A DNA stretch of 63,830 bases, counting the filler, from Sluysia triapertura (Eukaryota): assembly GCA_046118255.1 (NCBI GenBank). It is 5 parts of 5 records of this genome, joined end to end, with 100 filler letters (N's around TTAATTAATTAA, not from the genome) between each part and the next. Parts side by side here need not be neighbours in the genome. Positions count along the whole stretch, not along the records: positions 12,077 to 27,724 come from JBJNIA010222910.1; 4 more parts are not named here. One strand, 5' to 3'. This document shows, piece after piece, positions 12,560 through 25,710 of the stretch; the first letter of the stretch is position 1; every line of letters begins with the position of its first letter. The notes beneath the pieces were generated by a model. It did no database searches and was not told where the DNA came from. It was given only the letters and a program-made list of their open reading frames with translations. A program made the translations under genes and the position numbers.

Positions 12560-13160
12560 AAAAACAAAGTATTAGATGGATGCAAGAATAAAAAATTATG
12601 CGATTTCAAAGAAATTACATGATTGTTATGAAGGAGATTGTCTTGATATTTTCATCACTGCTGAACAATCTAAGCATGTATAAATAAAGTTGAAAGATGT
12701 CTATGAAGCTAATAATGTTAGTTGACTTAACGAAATAATAGTAAAGTTTACGAAAGACAATGAATTCATCAATTCTGAACAATTCAAACATGTAAAAGTA
12801 AAGTTTTTAAAATGTGAATGTGATTTCAATTATGCTAAAGTCACACAAGTAATATGGTCACTCGAGTACTCAGAAGAGGTGAACCTGGTTATCAAAGGTG
12901 ATCATGCTAACATCTTCGATGAACTACAAACTAAATGTTATCAAAATCAGTGAACGTGATAAAATAGATTATAAAGCAAATGTGACCAATTCCATCATCA
13001 AACGAATTAAAAAATATAATTATAAGATATGTAAAGAAAATAACATCACAAAACAAAATGAAATAAAGGAAGTACGACGCTAGAATTATGTCGACTACAT
13101 GGCATAAATATCATTAGAATACTGGAAAGAATCAGTGCTCAATGAAGAATAGCATGGTTG
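12560..13160 (+). mobile_element. Possible highly decayed LTR-retrotransposon gag/integrase fragments
   Basis: Weak motifs only (LKDVYE; ELCRLHGI), with many stops. Confidence 0.2.
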
Positions 13161-15323
13161 TTAAGTGAAGATTTAGGTACAGATCACGTAAACGTCGAAA
13201 GACAAAAAGTTAGTTTAATTGTTAATTTTTATAAACCACTTAATTCCTTTTTGTGTGTTTTTTATTTAATTGGGATTTTCATCCATGTGGTGGCCAACCT
13301 TTTCATTCAAAATTTAAATCATTATTACGCATACTTAATATCACTTTTCTTAGCATTTCACATTTCACTTTTTCAGATTCACTAAAATTCTTTTACATTT
13401 TTAATTCACAATTTCATAACATCGAAAATCATCTGCTCATATAAACTTAAAGTTAACAATTTTAATTGATATCTTAATCTATTTTATGTTTAATAAATGT
13501 GTCAAAACTTATTTTTATTTTATAATTTATAAAGTTTTCAATAATAAAAATTTAATAATGATCTTGCTCAATATAAAAGGTTTCTTTAAAGATAATCTTT
13601 TTAATTTTATCAAGAATTTTTATAATGTTAAATTCATTGTTTATGAAGAAATTAAATTTAATTTAAATCTTAAATTTAAATTCAATTCCATATTCCATCT
13701 ACTACAATCCACATAAATTTATTATAAATTAGTGTTTTTACATAAACACTCGATTTTTTAAATATCATTTGTTAAATCAAACTGTTTATAATGACTACAA
13801 AGTTAACGATTAATAATGAAATTCGTTAATTCGATCTTACGAAAAGAAATAAATTAAAATTAAGCATTCTGTTACAATAACAGTACCACATGATTATATG
13901 TTGTTACACGCAATTTTATATAAGTGTTATGCATATGATCTAAATTACACGACACAAGTTTTTAACAAAATCAAATATCCAATATAAACGATGTCAGTGT
14001 TTTTTGATCCCAACCAAAAAGCGTCCCTCAAAACGTAAATTTATGAATTTCCCACTCTTCAATTTTTTATTTTATAGAAATTCCATTACATATTTAAAAA
14101 CTTTAATATTTTAACTATTCAAGATAATTTTTCTAATTCTAAAATCTATATTTATTTACTTTTATCGTAAAATTGTTAAATTGGCAAAAAAACAGACTCG
14201 AAACCATCAAACATAACATGTATACGATAATTTTAAGTATCATGAATATAATAACGCACTACACAATCTTATACAACCACTTCAACACTACCAAAAAGTT
14301 AATATTTCCACAACACACGGTATTGTCAATGTTGCACCTTTTCCGAGAAGTCAACAGAACAAAACAACACAGAACAACTACAGATCAAGAACATAATTTG
14401 ATACCATCAATGATTAAGGCCAACAATCATAAAAATGACTCTTATTTTACTTGGAAACTCCATAACAACCATTACATCTTATACCCTCACGCATACAGCC
14501 ATATCAAGCGAAAGAGTTCAGTAACAAAGTCATAAAAAACTACAAAATATTATTAAACCTTCTAAAATCAATAAAACATCACAAAATGAAGACAAAAACA
14601 AAAATAACAATTCACACAGCACTAAAAAACATCGACCACAAATTCAAGATTATAAATAAATACCCTTCAAGTATCAAACAAACTGTTTCGTACTTACACA
14701 ACACAACAATCTTTTCCACAATCTTGGCACAAAAACCTTTCACATCGGAAACAAATTTTACAATCAAATCCTTCTATATCATAAATTTGAATAAAGATCA
14801 CAGTAAGTTAATAATATAGAAAAACAATCTTGAAAATATCTCATGATAATTGCAAAAACAAAAGCACATTAGGAAGAAAAGATTCAAAGAAATCGTAAAA
14901 AAGGAAAAGAAATTAATAAAAGAAAGAAATAAGTATGTTAGTAGCATCTATGGTAAACCTTGTCCATTCGAAATATTCACGCTGATCCACAGTCATTCTA
15001 ATCACTGATCAAGAGACTCTTCAAATCTCTTTCCGTCAGAAACATACTTAATATTCTTAAAGCACCTCGGTACTTTAAATTTGTTACATAAATGCAATAT
15101 AAACATTCCATAATTTCACATTCATCGTATTCATCACACTCAAACAGTTTCAGATTTCCTCATATCCATCACTAGATAAATTGCATCAATCTAGAAATAT
15201 AACATAAAATTTTACACATAATTAAAAAATCTTCTATTGCAAAATTCATTTAAAAACAAATTTATTTTTAACGTAACTATATAAATTTTTTAATATTAGA
15301 TTAAAAATCTTAGAAACACTAAC

Positions 15324-16069
15324 CTTTTTCAAAAATTCAGGATTAATTTTCTGACAAATAATGATAGTTATGCCAGAATAAGAATCAATTAAATATGCTT
15401 CATTATGACATAGATGCTGTTCATTCAATTGTATTTGTGACGGTTGCCAATTAATAATAGAGTCATTATAATCAAATTCATCACCACTATCCATATGATC
15501 ACTTAGATCGCCATCATGTCTGATGTTATTGTCATTATCATTATCATCATCATTTTCTTCTACTGCATCATTATTTGAAGCTACTATTTCACTACCACCT
15601 GTCACTTCTAATGAAGACTCCGACGATGAATAAGAACTATTTGTTAATTGTGGTGATGGAGTTAATGAAGGTGAATTTATAATTTGTTGTCGCTTCGGTT
15701 TAAAGGGTAGTTTTTCATAATTTGTTAAGTTTTCTTCAATAACTTTATCTATTCGATATAAACATGGATATGTTTGACTTAGAATATCACATAAACTCCC
15801 ATTACGCCAAAAACAGCAGTTAAATAGTAACTGATTTATTTGTAAATACACTAACGAATTCTTAGTATTCAAATTTTTTTGAGGCAACGGTGAAATAAAA
15901 CGTGTAAATGACCAGATAAACAATGGTAATAAACGCAGATAATAAGGCAAAATTATTCCATTTAGTCTATGTGAATGTGATAGGCAATTACGCATAAAAG
16001 AAATTGTAGGATCCAAAACCCCATTTACTAAAGCATCACGTGAGTCATTGATTAAAGAATTAATATTAT
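15324..16069 (-). CDS. SEC24: SEC24 exon 6 (helical and gelsolin-like domains, with an acidic insertion)
   Basis: Acceptor TTTAG. Translation ...DSRDALVNGVLD...LPYYLRLLPLF...YPCLYRID...QLNEQHLCHNEAYLIDS. Likely donor AAG|GTTAGT at 15323. Confidence 0.88.
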
Positions 16070-16399
16070 CTAAATATAAAAAATGGAATTGTTAGAGTAA
16101 TGTAATATATTGCATTTATATAAATTTTTGGAAAAAGTAATAAAATAAAAGTAGCTCATTAATTCTTTTTATTAAATAATAGATAATTTATTATACAATG
16201 TTGAATTTCTTCATGTTCAGGCATTGTGCTAAATAGAATTAACAAAATTATGTAATAATCATTCAAACTTAAATTTAGAAAAAAAATACGGTAAATTTGA
16301 AAGTTCTTCTGATGTCTATGTGCATACCACTTCACGTGAAAGATTAAAACTAATTATATCCAATAATTTTCTTACAATTTTTATTAAAATAAATTTTAC

Positions 16400-16568
16400 T
16401 CGATGAAGGAATTGAACATTTTTCAGAAACAGCTTTCGCTAATAATGCCAATATAGCTCTGGAATCTGCATATTTGAATACATCTTCTAACTGTACAGAT
16501 ACCGGTAAACAAATGGTGTGAACTCTAATACGACGCTCTCCACATATAGATGTATATAAAAGAGCAGA
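16400..16568 (-). CDS. SEC24: SEC24 exon 5 (beta-sandwich end and helical domain)
   Basis: Acceptor TTCAG. Translation SALLYTSICGERRIRVHTICLPV...ADSRAILALLAKAV is a hallmark Sec24 sequence. Donor A|GTAAAA. Not in the ORF track. Confidence 0.93.
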
Positions 16569-17194
16569 CTGAATAGATAAATAAATGTTATTATATCACA
16601 TGATATGTGAAAAAATAAAACCTATTTTAAATTTGACTGATGAGGTTTGTAAAACCATGAAAAAATTTGAGTAAATAAATTGGCCCAATCTTTAATTGTT
16701 TTGTAAGCATAATGCTCAATATTAAAAATCAAAAAATTATTTTAATGCAATAAACTATTAAAATATCAAAAATATCACTTAAAAAATCATTGATATAAAG
16801 TGATACAAAGCCTTAAAAATAGGCAAGATAAAGTTTTACGGAAAAAATAGAGTTATAAAATAAACCGAAACTTCATAAGACAAAAATCTATCACTTAATA
16901 GAACTCAAGTAGTTTCAAAATAACGGAATTAAAATAAAACAAAGTTGTCGCAAGATATAAATTAATTTGTTAAAATAAAACCGTTGTGTAATAAAACAAA
17001 GTTATTACAATAAAATAAAATTGTTGTAAAGTAAGATAAAGCGAAAACTCAATAAATATTTTAGATTGAGTTAAATTTTAATAAAGTTAGTATTAGTGTA
17101 TCATTATCAACACTACCTATATAAATAATCCGATAAACATATTTATACAACCATTAATTAATTTATTAGTTTTTACAAATTTATTAAATTTTAA

Positions 17195-17773
17195 CACTTT
17201 GACGGCCTATTATTTTAATCGCAGATATACTTAAACCATCGGAATTTACTTGCATTTTTTAATTCGAAATTTGAACTCCGGTGTTTCCTAAAAATTGTCC
17301 AAGACATGGTTCATTGTCAGTTTGAGACCAATCGCTTTCAACATCATATATGCCCGATTCGGAGATAGATGTATCGAGAGGTTTATTAGTTTTACGTTTT
17401 TTGTGACGGGTATAATTTCAGAAGCATCAATATCTTCGGAAATCTCACTAAAATCTTCGTCTTCAGAATTTTCTAAATCACCCTATTCTTCATTGCAGGA
17501 TAAATCATCTGCATAGATTTCTTCGACATTCTTTTTAAATATTTTATAATTATTATTTTAAAAATTCATTTAACGGGAAAATATATCGCGTTTGTAAACT
17601 CATGCATAACTGAATGTGCATGAGAAAATGGCTATATTCATATCATTTCAATTGGCAAGATAGAATACGTAAGACCATCAATACGAACATGTTACAGATT
17701 GCATTAATGCAAACCCAGCAGTTTAGCGATAGTCACGTAACATTTCATTTATGCAACGCCGGCGATTTAAGTG
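17195..17773 (-). mobile_element. piggyBac-like internal-deletion derivative in SEC24 intron 4
   Basis: TTAA on both sides (17191-94, 17774-77) and imperfect TIRs CACTT....GCC. The minus strand encodes an acidic N-terminus (EEIYADDLS...SEDEDFSE) and SQTDNEPCLGQFLGNTGV, typical of PGBD4-like transposase N-termini. Confidence 0.7.
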
Positions 17774-19074
17774 TTAATATATAAGTTGAAAATTTTTAAA
17801 ATCGTAATAAATTTCGAAAATACGTAAATATTGTAAATACACAGTCATAGAATCACATTGATTATTTTGTATTAGTTCCATATGATAACACACATACATT
17901 GATATTTTATTTTATATTTATCGATTTTTATTATATATATTTGATTTTCATTTAAATAATTTAATATTCGAAATCATAATCGGAATTTAATATAAAGAAT
18001 AATTTTATTATATTATTTTTAAAATATTTTTCAAGTGAAGAATTTAATTATTTTATTTTTCAATTAAAGAATTTACTATTAAAATATTTTTAACTAACGT
18101 GATTATTGCAAAATTATTACTTCAAAATATTATTATTTTAAATTATTACCATTTTTTGGTTTGTTTTAGTGTGATAATTAGAACCATAAGGCACAACAAA
18201 AATTTGATTAACAACTTTCAAAAGATTTTCACAGATTTTTTAACAAGATATTTGGCCACAAGTTTTAAAGTTTTTGAAGACAGATAATCATTTGGATCAT
18301 ATCTCTGTTTAATTTTTCATAATCATATTTTTATATCATCTGTAAAATATACTTAAATTATTAAACCTGTTGGGATCATATAGAAGATCCAGTGTAAAAT
18401 TTATTTTTTAAAATCATATCTAACGTTAAACTAACTCAGGATAGTTAGTTTTGGTAAATTTACTATTTTATTTTTCTCCATTACTATTTATATATTCCCA
18501 ATTTTGTATAATAAAGTTTTTATTTGTAATTAACTTTTATAGCTTTAAAATCTATTAAAATCCAGAGTTACCGTTGATTTCAAGAAGCTAGAATTTAACT
18601 CTAGCAACGTAAAATCTGTTATAACGAGTCCGTATAACGGAATCTATGCAAAATTACTAAATAAATTTCAATTTTCATTTATATTTTAAGAATCAAAGTT
18701 TTCTAGCAATTCATTTAAATATTACGACGCAAAACTTTCAAATCTACTTACATTTTTGATAAGAGAATACCTCAATTTGATAATTATTAAAGGATCTTAG
18801 CTCTATAATAGACATTAATAAAGTGTACCTCCAGATAGGATTAAACATTAAGACTCTATTCGCATATTTTTGAGACTTTATCTTGATTTATAAAATCGAA
18901 CGACTCGCCCTGACTGGTAAGCCCAGTACGTTGGTGAACTCACTTTAAGTTAAGTTTTATTCTATTTGCTTTACTTTTCTCACAATATAATAAAAAAATT
19001 TACGCCAATAAATGTATAATTCGTCTTTTTCATAGATTGGAAGTGGTAGAGTTAAATTAAAAACTAAACTCAAC

Positions 19075-19452
19075 CTGTATAAAAATTGATGAAGACAGAC
19101 CAGCTTCATCTATACCTAACCGAATTCCAACAGCCCAATCCGGTGAAATATTGGCCATAGAGTATAAATCACATGCTTTTGCAAACATATTACCGTAAGA
19201 AGCTTGTACTGTAATTCCTGGTGAATATCTTATTCGCAAGATGGCATCAAAACCAATCTTTCTAGTTAAATAACGGTTGAGATCAGATATTAATTTATCA
19301 GTTTCTAAAGTACTTAATATATCATTTATTGATGACTGCGATGCGCGTAAAGAAGGATAATAGAAGAGAGTACCTCCACAGTGGCGAGAAACTGCTGATA
19401 AAGACGATAAATCCCACGTACAACTGTTTACTTGAAAAAGATCTATTCCGAT
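19075..19452 (-). CDS. SEC24: SEC24 exon 4 (trunk end and beta-sandwich)
   Basis: Acceptor TTTTAG. Translation IGIDLFQVNSCTWDLSSLSAVSRHCGGTLFYYP...DLNRYLTRKIGFDAILRIRYSPGI...GNMF...NISPDWAVGI...FIQ. Donor CAG|GTTGAG. Confidence 0.92.
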
Positions 19453-19564
19453 CTAAAATAATTTACAATTTATATTATTTAAGAATTATAAAAATTCAAC
19501 TATTACTAAGAAAATATGATAATAAATTTCATTAATTAGTTCAAAATGTAAAAATGAGGTTAAT

Positions 19565-19566
<2 letters not shown>

Positions 19567-19622
<56 letters not shown>
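19567..19622. repeat. (AAT)n microsatellite
   Basis: About 18 units, in SEC24 intron 3. Confidence 0.95.
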
Positions 19623-19625
<3 letters not shown>

Positions 19626-19814
19626 CGAATAAACCTAATGTAATATACTCTCCAATAATAGTAATCTTATGCAGTATGAAATTTATGCCAAAATATAAAA
19701 CCTTACTACCTAGGAAAAATTGATACATTAAGATTTGTAGAATAAAGTTGGACGTTAGAGCAATATTAAATATAGACAATTTGATTACGGGGAAATTATT
19801 ATAGAATACATATA

Positions 19815-19860
19815 CAGTGAAACTTCCCTTATACGGATTATTCTATTTTGCGGATCATCA
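19815..19860 (+). mobile_element. Solo Tigger/pogo-type terminus
   Basis: TA + CAGTGAAACTTCCCTTATACGGA. No partner TIR was found. Confidence 0.3.
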
Positions 19861-20559
19861 TTTAAAAAATAAAATGCAAAATTAATTAAGGTTCCATCAA
19901 TACATTAATTAGTTTTTAAACAAAATTTCATTATTATTCCACATCCTCAATATCAACTTGTAATGTCTACAAAAAGAAATGGCTTTAGCAATTTTGGTGA
20001 GGGCGTTATTGCGATTATAAAATTAAAAACAAATTTATAGCAAAACTTTAACGACAATTCAATTTTTAAAAACTTTAGAGATTTTAGCAAATTTGATTTT
20101 AACATTTTAAGCATAATTTTAACTAAAAAACAAATATTAAACATTATGCGTCTTTTATTAACATTCAAAAATAAATAAACTAAGAAAAAGATAATGTATA
20201 ACATAAACTATTATGTTCATACCTTGCACTAGGAACTCAAATCGATAATTGTGTATTTACTTTTCTATAGAAACAAGAGTAGTAATATCATGCTTTAATT
20301 TCTTTTTAAACATTTCTTCATGTTCTACTCTAGCATCATAAGAACTTTAGGTTCATGAGTACACTTGGGACAACTAGAATGAGGTCGTTCAATTGGTGTA
20401 TCTGATAGAGAATTTGTACATTGTTGATTAATCATAGCTTTATTAAATTGTCATCAATGATATTTTTTAATAATTTTAAACGATTATTGATTTTTTTAAA
20501 AGATATCGCTTAACTTTTAATTAATATTAATTATATATATTTATTTATTTTATCATTAC

Positions 20560-21440
20560 AGGAAACGTTCGCAATAGAGTTCATGTAATCGACATACACC
20601 GATTACATCAGAGTATAGACTTTGGAAAGAGTCCATCTGGTAGATTCCTTAAAAAGGATTTCAAAACATCACAAAAAGCATGCGAGTCATCTCATCTATT
20701 TTTACATTGATTTCTGAAATTGGTTTTCGTAATTCAGCATTTATTATATATAGTGCTATTTTGTTACCATTGACTCTATACAATCCAATTAGATCCATTC
20801 CGAATTTTTCAATAATAGTAACACAACTTCAACAAATGGAATTAATGGTGAAACAATACTTCTTGTCCATTTGTGAAGTGTAATCTCGTGTAAATATTTG
20901 GATTCTTTTCAAATTTCCCCTCATTTCCAATACCGCATTCTGTCAAAGCAGAATTACTACAAGACTAACAGATCCCTGACTAGTAATTACATTAGAAGAG
21001 TGATTGGCAGTATGAAACCAAGCAAAATACATATCATTCGTATAGGAACTTGAACTGGTTAAAGACAGTTGCAGCTTTTGAAATAGTGAGATACATGTTG
21101 TTGTGGAAGTACCGTGGAAAGATGAATTTGAATTAAGTGTAGGTGTAATATTGAAGGAATTAGTAGTTGCATTTGACGGAGGATTTGATGATGCAAAACT
21201 TGACGAAATGTGCTGACAAGAAAATATTTCTAGTCGCTCGGCTTCACTTGGCGATGGTGTTGAACCAAATTTACTCTTCAGATTCTTGAAAGCTTGATGA
21301 ATAACACTACTTTTAGAAAGGGCTGCAGTTCTAAGAATTTGAAACTTGTATTAGTAACAGAATTTGCAACGATTCCTGTGAATGTCGTTGATGATTCATT
21401 TTTGCTTTTTGATGTAGATTTTGTAAATTGTATTATCATA
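20560..21440 (-). pseudogene. RhoGAP (ARHGAP21/23-like) pseudogene nested in SEC24 intron 3
   Basis: PLIPFVE/CVTIIEKFGMDLIGLYRVNGNK...AELRK.../DSHAFCDVLKSFLRNLPDGLFP/LYSD is a RhoGAP core with the arginine finger (GLYRVNG) and three frameshifts. An S/T-rich decayed region lies upstream. Confidence 0.8.
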
Positions 21441-23423
21441 TTCTACATGAATAAAATTTATGTAAGTTTTGGATCTCAGTATTTTTATCTATTATTTTAC
21501 TTTTACCAGAATTTTTTGAAAAGTAGTTATTTTCCAACAATGTTTTTATACACTTGTATTTATACAATCTTGAGTAATAGTTTCATAGTATCCTAAAAAT
21601 GTCTAAACACTACTCGAAAAACATTTATTCTTATGTCTGATTCGTAAATAACTGATACCCATATACTGTTAACAACACTTGAACCAATACAATAAAACAC
21701 TGAACCCATTATTAAAAAAATAGTACAATTACTGCTCATTATGTAAAAGTATAAAATTAAAATGAGTATATATAAAACATGCTATTGAATCCATTAATAA
21801 AGCAATTTTACTGGAATAAATCGAAATAGGTTTTACTTGATCAGTTGTATGAAATAAATAATGACGTTCGATTTCTAAATCGTTAAACCACATAAACAAT
21901 TTATTTATCAGTAAATTTTAAAAGCTTTCTGCTGGTCGTTCTATGTCACATTGAATAGTATTAATATATTAAGTATTGAATAGTATTATACATTAAGTAT
22001 TAAATGTAAATCTTAATAAAATCATAAAATATAAGAGTGAAAAAGAATAAACATGGATATAGAAGTGCAAACATACATGTACAAAAAGAAAGTGAAAAAG
22101 TACAATAGAGTAATTTTGGCAATAAAAATTATAATAATGAAGTTAAAATAATAATAGGATTATTATGTAGATTAATGTGAAATGAAGGCTCCTGGATATA
22201 AAGTAAGCAAAGACAGGGTTACTATAATGGTATACGATAACTTTTAAGTGAAAATCCCAAAACTCACGATGTTTTAAAAACATCAACTTTACATCTGTCA
22301 AAACAGAAGATAGATGAATTCTGTTACATTTATTCATTGGTTTGAAAAAGTTTTCATTAATATATTAGTTTTCATCTATATAATATTTCACTTTCCAACC
22401 AATTTAATTCACAGCTTAATACAGTGGATCTTAAACCATGGCTGTACAGCCTCATTACTGTGCATAATATTGTTTTAGTGATTTTTTGAGTTATTTATTA
22501 TCTCTATTATTATATTATGTTCCTATTTATTTATACTCGTCTTTCTAGATAGTATTTCTTTGTTCATTTTTACTTTCTTTCTTCACATTTAGTTTTTAGA
22601 TGTACGATGGATGTTTAGATATTTCCAAATTTCGTAAGAGGCAATATAATTTTTAATATTTAAAAAAATTAATATATTTTATATTTTTGAGGGTTCTGAT
22701 AATAATAATAAATTTATATTTCACTAACATCCAACATAAATTAAGTACTCAAAAGCGCTTAAAATAATTTATTCGTAAATATTTCATAATCTTAGAGTGA
22801 TTTAACATTCTCTAATAGGTTTGTTTATTTTTAAAACAAACGATATATAACCTACCACCCATATGATTACTGTGTAATTACTTAAAATGTTATATCATTA
22901 TTATTATGTTATTATTTCCAAGAAATACATTCAGGATGCATTTATAGATCATTGTCATAATTTTGAATTAAACTCTTCTTTTTTGATATTATAGTAAATC
23001 TTCATGGAAAATTATTCCTATCGATTGATGTAATAGTAATTACAATTTGCATACTTTGCTGTACAGAATTGAGTATACCACTATCAAAATCGATAACATT
23101 TAAAAATTAACTAACAATTAATTTTGCTGAATTTTTATTAATAAAAATTCTAATATTTGATATTTTCCTTAATCGGTAATCGAAGCTTTTTGTTCTGGTT
23201 ATTTTCGTAAAGGTATTTAATAATTTATTTTAATTTATACTTTAGATTTGACATTTTAGATTATTTACATTATTATTTGTACTATAAACATGCCTCATCT
23301 GCACATTAAGTTATTTTTTGTAAATATTATTTTAATGTGATTTACATTACGAACTAAATTTGAAATGTTAAAAAATTTAGTACATCATAATATTTAATGT
23401 AAATATGCAATTAATAAGCATAC

Positions 23424-23602
23424 TTGTGACTGAGCCATATCCAAAGAAAGTGTCTTATAAAATTCGATTGTTGGCATAGTTGTAGTGGCCGTTGCATTAA
23501 TAATTCCATCACCTATTGATGGTCGAGAAGAATTAAATATGGTGATTCTTCCTGCAGATCGATGATATTCAAGCAATGATTTGACAATTAACAGAACAGA
23601 TC
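23424..23602 (-). CDS. SEC24: SEC24 exon 3 (trunk domain)
   Basis: Acceptor AAAG. Translation GSVLLIVKSLLEYHRSAGRITIFNSSRPSIGDG...FYKTLSLDMAQSQ. Donor CAA|GTATGC. Phases agree with both neighbouring exons. Confidence 0.9.
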
Positions 23603-23984
23603 CTTTAAATCAATATTGAAAATAACAATAATCTAAAAATTTAAGTCTAAAATACATTATAAAAGGAAAATGATGAAAATAGCCTATTTCTGCTTCCACA
23701 ATGTAGCTTTACTTCTCATTTCAAAACCAATTCAGCATTGCGTTTTGATTAGACTATATTATTACCAAAAAAAATCAGTAACACTGAATAATGCTGAAAA
23801 TCTCGACCTCAATCTTGTCATAGTACAAAGTCGAGAAGCACTGATAAATTTATTCACTAAAAATTTTATCATTTGCTAATTAGGTACAATTTTATGTGAA
23901 TTCCTAAACTTTAAATATAAATTAATACAATGTTGAAAAAAAAAGGTTTTGATTCAAGGTGATACGAAATGAGAAAAACTTTTA

Positions 23985-24055
23985 CACATCCGCTGCCGAG
24001 CGACCCAAGCGCAAACATCTACCTACGAGATAACTCGTCGTTGGCAGCGAACGTA
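23985..24055. mobile_element. 71-bp piggyBac-like mini-MITE in SEC24 intron 2
   Basis: TTTA-CACATCCGCTGCC...GGCAGCGAACGTA-TTAA: imperfect TIRs with TTAA-like flanks. Confidence 0.5.
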
Positions 24056-24288
24056 TTAAGAAATATTGTGTGGACTAAATGCAAAAAATGATATATGCAA
24101 TTATAAAATCAAAATTTTCACATAAAATTTCTCACAAACCTTGTAATTCACAAAAATCTTGTAATTTATATGATCTTATTACTATTTTTATGCTATATTT
24201 CCATAAAAGATAATGTCTTTGATAAAATAAGCAATTTTTTTCATGTTCGCAATCAGTGAAAAACGAACAGTAATGTAAAAAATGTAAC

Positions 24289-25027
24289 CTAAACAATTTT
24301 GTTCTTCTTGAATACATTGTTTTTCGGAGTTGAGTTGTAAATCTTGAATCAAATTTTCTAACAATTCTTCTATTGCTTCTCGATTTTCTCTAATATTATT
24401 AACTAAACCATTAATAACTGGTAAACTATCTGTTGAAAAATTTGACCAATCTGTCAATACAATTTCACCGAAATGACCTTTTCCAGCACCGCCATTTAAT
24501 TGAAATAAGTGAATAAACTTATGGTAGCATATTAAGCAAAATTTTACTCGATTTTCTCCAGGAATTTTATTTAAATTACTTAACAGTAAATTAAAAATAG
24601 TAGATAAAATTTGATATCTTTGCTGCTTATTTGTGATGTCGACTAAAAAAACAAAAATTGGAGGTTGTGGAGTCTTTGAATTAGGTTCTTTTGGTGCTAT
24701 ATATTCTACTGTACTGTGTGAAAATTCTGGAATCATGCGATTTTTATTTGAATAACTTGGATCGTGAAATTCATTCATGTGATTGCACAAATTACACTTC
24801 CAACGTCTTTTATCATAGTATGAAACAAAAGGATTTAAGTAAGCACGACATGTAATAGTTCGGCAGCGAACAATTTGTCTTTGAGCATTTATAACTGGTA
24901 ACGACATTAAATCTCGAAAAGGATGATTTATAAAACCGAAAGGCAATCGAGACTTTGACAAAAGGATTTCGGTGGATGGAACAACAGATAATGTTGGATA
25001 AAATATTTCAGGATTAGTAGAAATATT
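24289..25027 (-). CDS. SEC24: SEC24 exon 2: zinc finger and start of the trunk (vWA) domain
   Basis: Acceptor TAG ending at 25028. Translation NISTNPEIFYPTLSVVPSTEILLSKSRLPFGFINHPFRDL...RCRTITCRAYLNPF...WKCNLC...PEFSHSTVEYIAP...PPIFVFLVDIT matches Sec24 motifs. Donor G|GTTACA at 24288. Confidence 0.93.
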
Positions 25028-25062
25028 CTAAATTTTTAAATTTTTAAAATATAAATACAAAC

Positions 25063-25710
25063 TTTTGAAGTTACAACTTGTGAAATATCTGGAAACTTGA
25101 AACCTTCTTCCGAAATTAAGTTGATTTCACTCATTAAATTTATAACAGATTTAAATTGCATGAAATCATGTCTATCCTGATTATCTGGCAATGATTTCGG
25201 TGATGTAACGTGTTTAACTTCATCAGGTTTACGTTTAGGTTGAACTAACTTTTGTGGTAGACTAACACTACTAGAATTAGTAGGTGTCATTTTAGAGAGA
25301 TTATTTTGAAATTTGTTGTCCACACTAAGATTTTGGAAAGAGTGGCATAATTGATTATTGTGCATCTTCATATTTTCATTAAGCAAAGTAGAGTTCATAG
25401 ACGCATTCAATTCGTACGTATTTGTCAAATTAGATTTATAATTTTCACTACATAAAGGATGCTTTATAACATCATTGGATGACACAAAAATTTCAGGTGT
25501 ATTTGGATAATTTCTTACTGATTGATTGTTATTTATATTGTTTTGATTCATATTTATATGTTGATAAATTGGTAGATTTTCATACTGATTATGCGAATGT
25601 GTTTCATAATTTCCAGTATTTTGAGTTTCATACTGATTCGCAAAATTATCATTAACACACATCTCACTTGAAAAACTTGGTCTATCAATTTTGCACGAGT
25701 AGTTTGCCAT
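25063..25710 (-). CDS. SEC24: SEC24 (A/B-type) exon 1, low-complexity N/Q/P-rich N-terminus
   Basis: ATG at 25710 (MANYSCK; the ORF track starts at an upstream TTG). Donor AAA|GTTTGT at 25062 joins in frame, across a 35-nt intron, to exon 2. Confidence 0.75.

Noticed and set aside
16632-16672. Hammerhead-like CTGATGA-GGTTT...AAACC-ATGAAA
   Set aside because: Two extra bases precede GAAA and there are no convincing stems I or III.
16850-17060. CRISPR-like spaced repeats (AATAAAACAAAGTT...)
   Set aside because: A degenerate AT-rich tandem repeat with no unique spacers and no cas genes, in a eukaryotic intron.
17295-17516. Plus-strand ORF 17295-17516 (likewise 59521-59808, 20680-20883 and 37310-37585)
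   Set aside because: Antisense shadows of the piggyBac, Tigger, RhoGAP and pPolB relics.
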